From Candidatus Latescibacterota bacterium (lineage in GTDB: Bacteria; Latescibacterota; UBA2968; UBA8231): DNA of 64,000 bases. Both the position numbers and the translations under genes were made by a program. The notes under the pieces were generated by a model, which had not been told where the DNA came from, ran no database searches, and saw only the letters and a program-made list of their open reading frames with translations. Position 1 is the stretch's first letter, and each line of letters opens with the position of its first letter. The DNA is taken from NCBI GenBank assembly GCA_965248265.1, contig CBDFJF010000002.1, positions 1,856,001-1,920,000 of the forward strand, read 5' to 3'. Shown here in pieces: positions 42,346 through 52,095 of this stretch.

Positions 42346-42370
42346 CGGCCTACCCAGATCCACCAGGAGA

Positions 42371-43507
42371 ATGGCGATGGATATCTACGAGCGGCTCGGC
42401 GTCCGCAAGTACATCAACAGCCGTGGCTTCGTGACCGGCATGGGGGGCTCGCGGATGCCGCCCGAAGCATACGAGGCGATGGCCGAGGCCGGACGCTGCT
42501 TCGTGAAGCTGGAGGACCTGCTCGACAGGGCGGGCGCCCACATCGCCCGGCTGGTGGGCGTCGAGGCGTGCTGCATCTGCTCGGGCGCGGCCGGCGGCAT
42601 GGTGCAGGCGGCCGCCGCCTGCCTGACCGGCACCGACGGGGACAGGGTGCGCCAGCTGCCGATGACGGAAGGCTGGAAGAACGAGATCATCGCCCGCGCC
42701 TCCGGTCCCGGCAACTACATCACCCAGGGCATGCGGGCGACCGGTGCCCACATCGTCGAGGTCGGGTCGAACTCCTCGTTGACGGCCGGGGACGTGGCCG
42801 GCGCGATCGGCGAGAAGACCGCTGCGGTGCAGATCTTCCTGATGCACGAGGCTCCCACGGTGGCCGAGATCGCCGCCGTCACGCGTGCGTCCGGCGTCCC
42901 GCTCATCGTCGACGCCGCCGCGGAGCTTCCGCCGCGGCGCAACCTGACCCAGCCGCTCGCCGACGGAGCTAACCTGGTCGTCTTCAGCGGTGGCAAGGGG
43001 ATTCGCGGCCCGCAGGCGACCGGACTGATACTGGGTGACGCTGACCTGATCGCCGCCTGCAGGATCAACGGCAACCCGGTGAGCTCCATTGCTCGGGGCA
43101 TGAAAGTGGGCAAGGAGGACATCGCGGCATTGGTGGTGGCCCTGGAGCGATTCGTGGCGATCGATGAGGAGGAGGAGACGGCGGAGCTGGGACGGCGTTC
43201 CGACTTCATCGTTGCCGCGCTGGAGGGCATCGGCGGAGTAGCGGCTGAGAAGCGGATGGCCGATCCGCGTACGCGGCCGGTGCTGCCCCGCGTCTACATC
43301 GAGCTGGCGCCGGACTTTCCGCTCGGAGGAGATCGCATCGCCGAGATTCTCGAAGCCGGGAGCCCAGCGGTGTCGCTTTCCGGATCAGATCGCGGCCTGC
43401 GGGTCGATGTCGCGCAGCTCGACGAATCGGAGCTGGAGACGGTGGCCAGGTGTCTGCGGGAGGTTCTGGCCAACCCCGAGGCATGCTCCCGATCTTTGTT
43501 GCCCTGA
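42371..43507 (+). CDS. SelA-like/DgaE-family PLP-dependent enzyme
   Basis: DIYERLGVRKYIN, VDAAAE, FSGGKGIRGPQATG, RGMKVGKE. Confidence 0.85.
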   Translation: MAMDIYERLGVRKYINSRGFVTGMGGSRMPPEAYEAMAEAGRCFVKLEDLLDRAGAHIARLVGVEACCICSGAAGGMVQAAAACLTGTDGDRVRQLPMTEGWKNEIIARASGPGNYITQGMRATGAHIVEVGSNSSLTAGDVAGAIGEKTAAVQIFLMHEAPTVAEIAAVTRASGVPLIVDAAAELPPRRNLTQPLADGANLVVFSGGKGIRGPQATGLILGDADLIAACRINGNPVSSIARGMKVGKEDIAALVVALERFVAIDEEEETAELGRRSDFIVAALEGIGGVAAEKRMADPRTRPVLPRVYIELAPDFPLGGDRIAEILEAGSPAVSLSGSDRGLRVDVAQLDESELETVARCLREVLANPEACSRSLLP

Positions 43508-43560
43508 GTCGCGATCCTATATTTCCTGCCGATGGGACAATACATCGAGACCTATCGGGG

Positions 43561-43875
43561 TTGCATGGGACGGCGGATGGCGGACACCGCCGCGCGCTTG
43601 ACCGACGAGGTCTTGCCGCAGGTGCCGGTACGGCAGTGGGTGCTGAGTCTGCCGTACGAAATCCTATCGCCTGGCCTGGGACGGCGAGTTGGTCGGCGCG
43701 GTGCTGGCCGGCTTCCTGCGCGTCGTCTACGGCTGGTATCGACGCCAGGCACGAGCGCAGGGATACGAAGACAGTCACTGCGGCTCGGTGACCTTCGTGC
43801 AGCGATTCGGGTCGTCCTTGACTTTCGCCGCACGAATTGATAGAGAAACTGGCCGCCCTGGTACCGCCCGCGATG
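43561..43875 (+). pseudogene. IS91/ISCR transposase fragment (frameshifted, deleted)
   Basis: CMGRRMADTAARLTDEVLPQVPVRQWVLSLP, ...CGSVTFVQRFGSSL, and PHELIEKLAALVPP. Confidence 0.8.
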
Positions 43876-43992
43876 TCCGGACTCCGAGTCCTCAAAGCAC
43901 TCAGAGCTGATCGCCTACATACAGATCCAACGGCACGCCGTCGTTGTGACGGCGGTCACGTGTGAGGGAAATCTCGAGCGAAGGAGGAAGCG

Positions 43993-45525
43993 GTGGCGAA
44001 CGTAACTCAGGTATGGCCTGTCGGAACACGTAAACAGCTGCTGTTTGACCGCCGCTTCGTCGAGTCGTCCGCGGGCGTGGAGTTTACGGTCAATCCCCCC
44101 CTCGAGCGCATACCCGTCAATGTGCCATCCCTCCGTGGTCTGCACGCCCGTCACTTTCTGACCGTCCTCGACGTCGATGATCGTTTCTGGATGTACTACC
44201 ACCTGAGGCCGGACGAGACGCGCGAACGTGATTGCGTGAATACCATGTTCTGCCTGGCCTACTCGGACGACGGCATCGACTGGGAGCTGGCGCCTGTGGA
44301 CCAGTTCGAGGTGGAGGGATTGTCCCGGAACAACGTGGTCATGCCCGGAGTGTTGGGGACACCGTTCCTCGACCCCCACGAGACCAATGGCTGCAGATTC
44401 TGGTTTGCTGGAACAATGGGCGAGCGCACTGAGCCGCCGTTCTGGGAGGAAGCGCGGGATACCTACTTCGGCGGTTACGACGCCGCCGACGGCAGCCGGC
44501 CAGTCCACGCCGGGCTGTACCTGCTCCAATCCGAGGATGGCATTTCCTGGCGCCGGCAACGCAGCGGAGTCATCGTGCCCTTTCGCTGCGACTCGCAGAA
44601 CCAGGTCCTCTACGATGAGGGCGCCGGCGCCTACGTCGCCTATGTGCGCGGCGCGTCTCCCGTACCGGGAAGACGACGGACGGTTGCTCGTTTGACCTCC
44701 CCCTCGCTTACGGAGTTGCCGTTCGATTTCGTCGAGGACACCACGTTACCCCGGAGCCCGGTCGGGCTGTACGACCGGCTGCCACCGCAATGTGCCCCAT
44801 TCATCATAGAAGGTGACGACCGTGACCCGCCCGCCACGGACGTCTACACGCCCTGCGTTAACCCTTACGCGTGGGCGGACGACGCTGTTTTTTCGTTCCC
44901 TACCGTGTTCCGCCACTACGAGGGGCAGGACAGCCACGGGCGGGACCAGCGCGGGCAAACCATTGGCGACGGTCCACTGGACGTGCAGCTTGCCGTGAGT
45001 CGAGACGGTGTCACGTTCGAGCGGTTCCGCACGCCCTACGTCGGCCTTGGTCTGATGGACGAGCCGCGGCTCGGGGGATCCGTGTACATGGGCGTGGGGT
45101 TGGTGAGACGGGGGAACTTCATCTACCAGTATTATTCCGAGGGAGCGAGCACGCATGTATACGAGGACGACTTGCTTTTCTGGCGAGCCAAACAGCGTCT
45201 GGACGGTTTCGTTTCGGTCGATGCGGGCCCTGATGACGGGTGGTTTGCGACGCCACCGATCGAGTTCGAAGGCAACCGCCTGCAGCTGAACATCGACTGC
45301 GGCGCCATGGGCGAGGCGTGGGTCGAGCTCCAGGACGAAACCGGCAAGGCGTTACCGGGGTACGCGTTCGAGGACTCCGTGTCGGTCGATCGCAACGGTG
45401 TCGCCCAGGAGGTCTGGTGGCGGAACGGCCCCGACGTCGGCTCGCTGAGCGGCCGGCCAGTCCGGATGAAGATCAAGATGCGCTCGGGGAAGCTCTACGC
45501 CTTCCAGTTCGTGAACGCCGGCTGA
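43993..45525 (+). CDS. GH32-like beta-propeller protein (paralog Z)
   Basis: Near-identical to 30551; AAGGAGG SD with GTG start. Confidence 0.75.
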   Translation: MANVTQVWPVGTRKQLLFDRRFVESSAGVEFTVNPPLERIPVNVPSLRGLHARHFLTVLDVDDRFWMYYHLRPDETRERDCVNTMFCLAYSDDGIDWELAPVDQFEVEGLSRNNVVMPGVLGTPFLDPHETNGCRFWFAGTMGERTEPPFWEEARDTYFGGYDAADGSRPVHAGLYLLQSEDGISWRRQRSGVIVPFRCDSQNQVLYDEGAGAYVAYVRGASPVPGRRRTVARLTSPSLTELPFDFVEDTTLPRSPVGLYDRLPPQCAPFIIEGDDRDPPATDVYTPCVNPYAWADDAVFSFPTVFRHYEGQDSHGRDQRGQTIGDGPLDVQLAVSRDGVTFERFRTPYVGLGLMDEPRLGGSVYMGVGLVRRGNFIYQYYSEGASTHVYEDDLLFWRAKQRLDGFVSVDAGPDDGWFATPPIEFEGNRLQLNIDCGAMGEAWVELQDETGKALPGYAFEDSVSVDRNGVAQEVWWRNGPDVGSLSGRPVRMKIKMRSGKLYAFQFVNAG

Positions 45526-45549
45526 GGGGGCGCGCCTCGAGAGACGACT

Positions 45550-45653
45550 TGACGCCATCAGGCGATGTGGGAGTTGAGTTCGACTCCATGGAAGAGGGCG
45601 AAGCGGCCATCGTCGCTGGCAGGCTGCTGGAGATCCTGGATCACACCAGTTAA
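45550..45653 (+). pseudogene. Possible C-terminal remnant of a SelA-like gene
   Basis: VGVEFDSMEEGEAAIVAGRLLEIL* resembles the end of 42371 (VDVAQLDESELETVARCLREVL). Confidence 0.3.
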
Positions 45654-45878
45654 GGCACCTCACTCTGCGGTCAGGCCGCCTGTAACGTCAATGGAGAACA
45701 CGCGCGCAAGTAATTGGCACCAAGACAGACAGACGATGGGGGCAGGGCTGGTGGGTCGACTCGGAATCCGCTTCACGGGGGTGCCGGGGTTGGTTGTGGC
45801 GGCCATGTTCGCGGGGGCGATGTCCCAGCGTCGACTCGGGAGACGCCGAGTACACACCCGCGAACGAGCGCGGAGCGC

Positions 45879-48389
45879 CTAAAAGTAGTAGCTGATCCCC
45901 AGGCGCACGTTGAAGGGATTGCCCGACGTGAAGTGGATTTCGGGTGGGGGTATGTCGCCCCCCATGGCAGCGTCGATTTCGTCCGCCAGCAATGACTCCG
46001 TGGGGAACTGGGCCTCTTTCCACTCAGCGTCAAACAGATTCTCTGCCGTCACCTCGACTCTGAATACGTCCCAGCGCCTGGAGGCAGTCAGATCGACGAG
46101 CGTGTGGCCCTGCGCGGTCAGCGAACCGTCAGCCATGGCCGGCCGGTCTCCGACGTAGCGGAAACGGAGCCCACCCTCGTACCCATCGGGCCGTCTCACC
46201 GTCAGGCCGCCGGTCGCCGTGCGCGTGGGTGCCAGCGGAATACGGTCGGCGTCTTCCGGCGCGTCCCGCAACCGGCCGCGGGACAGATTGAGATCCCCAT
46301 CGGCCCAGAGCCAGGACAGCAACCGCAGCCGTGCTTCGACGTCGACGCCGGTCCGGCGTGTCCGGCCCCGCTGCTCTGGCACACCTACGTCGGCGGAGTA
46401 GACGTACTCCTCATCCACGTCGATCCACCACAGCGCTGATCCGAAGTTCAGCCCACGGCCGACACGGCTGCGCAGACCGACTTCCGCCCCGGTCGTGCGG
46501 GGTAGACTGGTGACGTCGGCTTGATTGGTATCGAAATAGAGTTGCTCAAAGGCCCTGCGGATCTCGTGGGATTCGGCGCCCCATTCCTCCAGCGCCCGCA
46601 CTTGGTCGGCGATGACCTGGCCGGTGACTACAGTGCGCGCATCGTTGGAGTGAAAGCCCTGTCCGAAGTTGAGGAAGAGATCGACCGCGGCGGTGGGTGA
46701 GAACGTCAGATTGGCCTTGGGACTGAAGATGACGTCATCGGCAATACCGGAGGCATGAGGTTGGTCCAGCGGCACATGGAGGGGCTTGGCACTCGGCCGC
46801 TGTACCAGGGGAAGAACCCGAAATTGCTCGATGATAGCGATCAAGGGCTGGATCGATTGCCCCGTGCGCTCGAGCCCGTCGTCGACTTCGAAGGTGAAGT
46901 AATCGGCTCTCAGCCCCAGGCTCAAGCGCCAGCGCGGCGCGAGGATGAGATCCTGCCGTCCCCACAGAAAGTAGTTGCGCTCGGCGATGGCGGCATCAGT
47001 CAGCGGCCAGTAGCGACGGCGCTCGACGACCTGCCACAGCTGAGTGTCGATGTCGTCGCTGCGAAAGCCACCGGCGAATGTGGATGAACACGTGATGGGT
47101 CCACAGGCGCGGTCGGCGGTGTATGCACTGTTGAGTCCGACGACCCTGCGTGAATCGGACTGCTCTATCATGTTGCCGAACTCCACATCCCAGCGGAAGA
47201 AGGTGAAGTTCGAGTAGAGATTGTAGTCGTAGGCGCTCCAGTAGGCCTGCGCTTTGAAGTGGTCACCGTCCTGGCCCCACGTCTCAAACGCGAGATTGAC
47301 GTTGTGGCGCGACGTCTGGCCGCCCTCGCCGTCGTCGATGGCCCCCCAGCGGCTGATCAAACCGCGTTCGACGGCGCGCTCGGGAATCTGTCCGGAGGCG
47401 TTCCATGTCGAGGAGAACCCACCGACGTCCAGGGTGAGCCGTGTGCTCGTTGACATGGTGCGGCGCACCTTGGCGAACAGGGTGAGGCGACGCAGGTCCT
47501 GCGGATGATCGAAGGGGCCGTCGGTGCGGTAGTAGTCCCCGGCGAAATACGCGGAATGCCCGAGATCCGCTTCCCCGGGCATCTGGTACAACACCGTGTA
47601 GCGCGCCGTGTTGAATTGACCCGCCTCCACGTTCACGGCGTTGCCGGCGAGTCGTTGCCGCGTGCGAAAGGCCACGTGACCCGCGTTGGCCAGGTTGCCG
47701 AACTCGGCGAAGTAGGGACCCTTGTGCACGTCGATCCCCTCGACGATCTCGGGGATCAGAAAGTGGAGATCGGCATACCCCTGGCCGTGACCGTGGGAGA
47801 CCATGTTGACGGGCATGCCGTCGACGCTGACGGACACGTCGGTGCCGTGGTCAGTGTCGAAGCCGCGCAGAAAGATCTGCTCCGCCTTGCCTCCTCCGGC
47901 GTGCTGCGCCACGACGAGACCGGGGACCGTCTGCAGCAACTGCTGCGAAGAGCGCCTGGGACGGGTGCGCAGATCGAACTCGCGCACGGTGCGCGAAGAG
48001 GCGGCTGACAGAGCGCGGTCGGCAGCCACCAGAATGCCTTCGAGACGGATCGGTTTGGGAGTCAGGGCCAGGGCCACCGCACTCGTGTCACCTGCGCGGA
48101 CGGTGACCTCCCGAGACGCGGACTCATAGCCGACGTGACTGGCGGTGATGTTGTAGCGCCCGGGTGAAATCGCCCTCAGCAGGAAACGGCCGTCAGCTCC
48201 GGTGACAACGGCGTGTTCCGTGTCGGTGAGGACGACGTTGGCGGTGACCAAGGGACGTCCGCTGTGCCCCTCGCGCACTACACCCTCGATGGCGCCTGTG
48301 GCCTGTCCCGAAGCCGCGCCTCTCAGCTGCACCAAGAGGAGAATGGCCAGGGCGGCCAGGAGATTTGTCGGTTTCATGTTTCGCCGCAT
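45879..48389 (-). CDS. TonB-dependent receptor with N-terminal carboxypeptidase-regulatory-like domain
   Basis: Signal peptide; plug QHAGGGKAEQIFLRGFDTDHG...SHGHGQGYADL; ENLFD; C-terminal GISYYF. Confidence 0.9.
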   Translation of the reverse strand: MRRNMKPTNLLAALAILLLVQLRGAASGQATGAIEGVVREGHSGRPLVTANVVLTDTEHAVVTGADGRFLLRAISPGRYNITASHVGYESASREVTVRAGDTSAVALALTPKPIRLEGILVAADRALSAASSRTVREFDLRTRPRRSSQQLLQTVPGLVVAQHAGGGKAEQIFLRGFDTDHGTDVSVSVDGMPVNMVSHGHGQGYADLHFLIPEIVEGIDVHKGPYFAEFGNLANAGHVAFRTRQRLAGNAVNVEAGQFNTARYTVLYQMPGEADLGHSAYFAGDYYRTDGPFDHPQDLRRLTLFAKVRRTMSTSTRLTLDVGGFSSTWNASGQIPERAVERGLISRWGAIDDGEGGQTSRHNVNLAFETWGQDGDHFKAQAYWSAYDYNLYSNFTFFRWDVEFGNMIEQSDSRRVVGLNSAYTADRACGPITCSSTFAGGFRSDDIDTQLWQVVERRRYWPLTDAAIAERNYFLWGRQDLILAPRWRLSLGLRADYFTFEVDDGLERTGQSIQPLIAIIEQFRVLPLVQRPSAKPLHVPLDQPHASGIADDVIFSPKANLTFSPTAAVDLFLNFGQGFHSNDARTVVTGQVIADQVRALEEWGAESHEIRRAFEQLYFDTNQADVTSLPRTTGAEVGLRSRVGRGLNFGSALWWIDVDEEYVYSADVGVPEQRGRTRRTGVDVEARLRLLSWLWADGDLNLSRGRLRDAPEDADRIPLAPTRTATGGLTVRRPDGYEGGLRFRYVGDRPAMADGSLTAQGHTLVDLTASRRWDVFRVEVTAENLFDAEWKEAQFPTESLLADEIDAAMGGDIPPPEIHFTSGNPFNVRLGISYYF

Positions 48390-48417
48390 TAGTATAGTAA
48401 CGCATTAGTATAGTAAC
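48386..48417. repeat. 16-bp tandem duplication at the TonB receptor start
   Basis: gcattagtatagtaac x2. Confidence 0.85.
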
Positions 48418-48990
48418 ATGGATGCGATTAAACTGATCAGACAAAACTTGCGCTGATCGTTCCTGCCCATGACTACAATACCCGAGCTGCAGTCCCGCAT
48501 GGATTCCGTTACCCTCACGGCGCGCGGACTCGCCCAGTCGTACCTCACATGACCAGAGCCGGTTGGGCACAAAGCGACATCACGCCCCCTCTCGGGCTGG
48601 CCATGGGCGGACGCGGCTGCCTATTGAGCACTGGCGGGCATTGGCCGCCAGCGACAAAGAGCTCGAGCGCAACCTGGGCGAATACTGGTCCGAGCGCATG
48701 AGCTCGGGCCTGCCGCCGGTTCAGGCAGTCCCCTGGGGTATCGGCCTGATGCAGTTGACCCGCAAGCACCGCATCGCCTGGCTCGCCGGCGAGCCACTGG
48801 CCGAATGGCTTCCCCTTTTGCGCCAATGGCTCGGTGATGATGGTCTGGTCGCCGGTCATCGTTGTAGATTTCATGACGGGCTTCTCCTTTCAGATGCAGA
48901 CGTGTCGCACACGTCTTTGAGGGTCTTACGGACACCTCCGAATATCCGAAAGAGAAGCCCTCTTTGTTTGCCTAAGAGTATGTCTCTTTA

Positions 48991-49013
48991 GGCCGTCTAT
49001 AATTCCTATACGT
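48991..49013 (+). mobile_element. IS91/ISCR oriIS-like end
   Basis: ggccgtctataattcctatac|gt, identical to 50693-50715. Confidence 0.6.
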
Positions 49014-49069
49014 CGGGGCGTCCTGGCGCTCTCACCCCCCAAAGGGAAAAAGGGTAACAAGGCCAAGGG

Positions 49070-49900
49070 TCATTCCGTCCTCAGGAGACGCGCGCCGACG
49101 CGGCCGTAGCGACCGCCCGGCGAGTAGAGGCCGCGAATCGCCGACCGCGCATACCGGGCGTCGTTGTCGAAGTCGCCGCCCCGGATCACGCGGACGTGGC
49201 CGCCAGAAGGACCCCGGGGGTCCACCAGCGCGTCGCTCCCGTATTCACCATACCAGTCCTGTACCCACTCCCAGACATTCCCGTGCATGTCATACAACCC
49301 CCACGGATTCGGCAGCTTCGTCCCCACCGGTTGAGCATACTCCAGTCCCGCATCCCAGGCGTTGTCGATATACCACGCGTAGTCGCCCAGATCGCCCTCA
49401 TCATCCCCGAACGACCACCGCGTCGTCGTCCCTGCCCGACTCGCATACTCCCACTCCGCCTCCGTCGGCAACCGGTACACCGCCGAACCGGCAGCCTCGT
49501 TCAGCCGCGCCACGAACGCCTGCACGTCATCCCACGAGATGTACACCGCCGGATGGCTCGGATTGGCCTGCACGAAGCTCTCACCCGACCACGGCCTCGT
49601 CTCCATCACCGCCTCCCACTGACCCTGGGTGATCTCGTATTGCCCGAGCCAGTACCCCTGTGTGAGCGTCACCTCGTGCTGCGGCCCATCCGACCGTCCC
49701 CGCTCCGAGGATGGTGAACCCATCAGGAACGTGCCCGATTCGATCCACACGAAGTCCATGGTGGCTCCGTTGGGCAGGGCGAAGGTGCTTTCGTCCCCAC
49801 TGACACGACCAGAGCCTACACCGCCGTCGCTGGCTGTGGGACTGTCGTCGCCGCAGGCCATCATCAACAGCCCGACCAGAAGCAGATATACACCTCTCAT
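49070..49900 (-). CDS. FGE-sulfatase (SUMF1)/C-type-lectin-fold lipoprotein
   Basis: Lipobox LMMA-C; GTFLMGS, RLPTEAEWEYA, PNPWGLYDMHGNVWEW, RVIRGG...RSAIR...GARL; no FGE catalytic Cys pair. Confidence 0.88.
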   Translation of the reverse strand: MRGVYLLLVGLLMMACGDDSPTASDGGVGSGRVSGDESTFALPNGATMDFVWIESGTFLMGSPSSERGRSDGPQHEVTLTQGYWLGQYEITQGQWEAVMETRPWSGESFVQANPSHPAVYISWDDVQAFVARLNEAAGSAVYRLPTEAEWEYASRAGTTTRWSFGDDEGDLGDYAWYIDNAWDAGLEYAQPVGTKLPNPWGLYDMHGNVWEWVQDWYGEYGSDALVDPRGPSGGHVRVIRGGDFDNDARYARSAIRGLYSPGGRYGRVGARLLRTE

Positions 49901-50692
49901 GTCACCCCTTCTCCGATCCTCCGGTTGTCGCCCCGGCAATTGGCCCGTCAGGAGGGCGCTCGTGCCCCACGACACACAGGTAAAGGCCCTGCGAATAGAT
50001 CGCATAGGGCTCGGCTCTGACGTGAGGTATGGCCGATATGGTACGGACATCACGGAGCTGAACCAGGGAAGTAGCTCTTCTCCCAAGGCCAGTTCGCCCG
50101 AATCTACGCACCGACCTCCCATACCTGCACCAACACGGGGATCATATCTCCCTCATCCCGGCCTCGATCCTCTGCGCCTTCTCCCTGAAGCGGGCCAGTG
50201 CGGCCCGATTCTCATCAACCCGAATCCTCCCCACGTAATATCCGTCGAGCCCCAAAAATCGACATGCGCCGCTCACAAAAAGCGCCAGGTCCACTCGACA
50301 CCAGGGCCCACACGGACCTAAACTCACCATAATGCCACTTATCCGTCCTAACCATCTCCGCGAAGCCATGGTCGATTAGGGAGGGATGGACCAACCCGGG
50401 CTCATCGACTACGAGGACGCCCACGCTGATGTGCTCGCCACGTATGAAGTGATGGTGAAGTGATGCCGGCGAACCGGGGGTGCGTGCTGACGACGTCCAG
50501 ACCACCTCGTTGCCACTACGGCAGCCTCGAGCAGATGATTCACGCCATCCGCGCCCACCGGCCGTTCGACCTAAATGCCGAGCGCTGGCGGGAGGCGCAC
50601 CCAGGGGCCGACTTCGAGACGTGGCGCCGCCAGGCCCAGCCTCAAATTTCTGACTCGACAGCATCTCCCAGCCGACATACACTACCCATAAC

Positions 50693-50715
50693 GGCCGTCT
50701 ATAATTCCTATACGT
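50693..50715 (+). mobile_element. IS91/ISCR oriIS-like end
   Basis: Same 23-mer; CCTATAC is followed by GTTC, an IS91 target tetranucleotide. Confidence 0.6.
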
Positions 50716-50815
50716 TCATAAAGCTGCCGGCAGTGATGCCCGTTACTGGTCACCACTTTCTGCCTGCACGTCAACTATCCGTGGCCCGTTCAAGACGGCA
50801 ACGAGAGTTCTCGAC

Positions 50816-52024
50816 ATGAAACGTTCTAAGGCTGTGGGCTTGACCGTTGCAGTCGCCTCGGTTCTGGGCACCCTAGCGCTGCTGTTTTTCATATACCTGG
50901 TCAACAGGGCCGTCGAGTCGCCTCACGCCTTTCAGGCCGCGGCGAGCACCAGTGACGCCTGCCGACCCTGTCATCAGTCCCTATACGACAGCTACGTCAA
51001 AACGGGACACTACCTCACGACCACTGTCGCTTCCGAAACGACCGTCATGGGCGACTTCGGCGAAGGCCGCAATGTCGCGCGCACGCCGGTGCCCGAGCTG
51101 CAGTTCGTGATGGAGCGCAAGAGAGGCGGGTTTTATCAAACTGCCATGTACACCAAGGACTCGACACAGACATTCACCCGGCCTATGCAGATCGTGATGG
51201 GCTCCGGAGAGCGGGCACAAACCTACTTGTTCTGGGAGGGTGACAGACTGTTTCAACTGCCCGGGATGTACTTCACGCCGGAAGCGACCTGGACCCCGGG
51301 TCCTGGTTATGAAAACTGGATCGCAACCTGGGAGGCTTTGCCGAAAAAGAGTCCGGGCATGCTGTACCAGCGACCGATCAGCGGACGCTGCATCGAGTGC
51401 CACGCCGCAACGGCAGTACCTGTTGGCGGCCCAGCAAGGTTCCGATTTCGGCCCGCCAGTTTCGAGGTAGGCATCAGCTGCGCGAACTGCCACGGTCCGG
51501 GCGCCCGACATATCGCCTTCCACGAGCAGAATTCGGAAGAGCAAGAGGGCCAACACATCGTCAACCCGGCCAATCTCAGTCGATCGCAACAGATGTCTTC
51601 CTGCGCCCTGTGCCATGCCGGGCAGGGGATTCCAAAAACGCCGCCGCTGTCCTTCCGCCCGGGCGACGAAATCTCACAGCATCTCTTCTACCGGAAAGCG
51701 GAGCAGAAGAAGCTGTCCGTCCACGGCGGGCAGGTGCCATTCCTCCAGGAAAGTCGCTGTTTTGAAGAGTCGGGCGACATGACGTGTTCCACCTGCCACA
51801 ATGTGCACGAAGACCAGACGGACCAGACCGCTATGTTTTCGCGCAAGTGCCTGACCTGTCACGAACAATCCCACACTGAAGAGCCCGAACTAGCGCAGGG
51901 CGACCGCTGCACTCAATGCCACATGCCAGATCAGCAAGCGAGCAATCTGCCGGTGTTCCACGAGGGGGATGAGTGGTTCCTGTCGATGGCCAATCACCGC
52001 ATCGGGATCTTCGAGGACCAATAA
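50816..52024 (+). CDS. Membrane-anchored multiheme cytochrome c (7 CxxCH)
   Basis: CRPCH, CIECH, CANCH, CALCH, CSTCH, CLTCH, CTQCH; N-terminal TM helix. Confidence 0.9.
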   Translation: MKRSKAVGLTVAVASVLGTLALLFFIYLVNRAVESPHAFQAAASTSDACRPCHQSLYDSYVKTGHYLTTTVASETTVMGDFGEGRNVARTPVPELQFVMERKRGGFYQTAMYTKDSTQTFTRPMQIVMGSGERAQTYLFWEGDRLFQLPGMYFTPEATWTPGPGYENWIATWEALPKKSPGMLYQRPISGRCIECHAATAVPVGGPARFRFRPASFEVGISCANCHGPGARHIAFHEQNSEEQEGQHIVNPANLSRSQQMSSCALCHAGQGIPKTPPLSFRPGDEISQHLFYRKAEQKKLSVHGGQVPFLQESRCFEESGDMTCSTCHNVHEDQTDQTAMFSRKCLTCHEQSHTEEPELAQGDRCTQCHMPDQQASNLPVFHEGDEWFLSMANHRIGIFEDQ

Positions 52025-52095
52025 CACACCCGAGCTCGTGTCAACGCTGCCGAGTCGGACTGCTGCCCCCGCGGGGCCGCCCTCAAACCCCTGCG

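Noticed and set aside
42371-43507. Selenocysteine synthase selA
   Set aside because: Short DgaE-like form; no selB, selC or selD nearby.
48563-48991. 142-aa ORF as an intact gene
   Set aside because: No convincing start or family motif; probably a fragment next to the oriIS end.
49070-49900. Sulfatase-activating FGE for the arylsulfatase
   Set aside because: It is a lipoprotein and lacks the catalytic cysteines.
50142-50690. Short ORFs between the FGE gene and the second oriIS
   Set aside because: They look like fragments (e.g. AERWREAHPGADFETWRRQA) but cannot be assigned from sequence alone.
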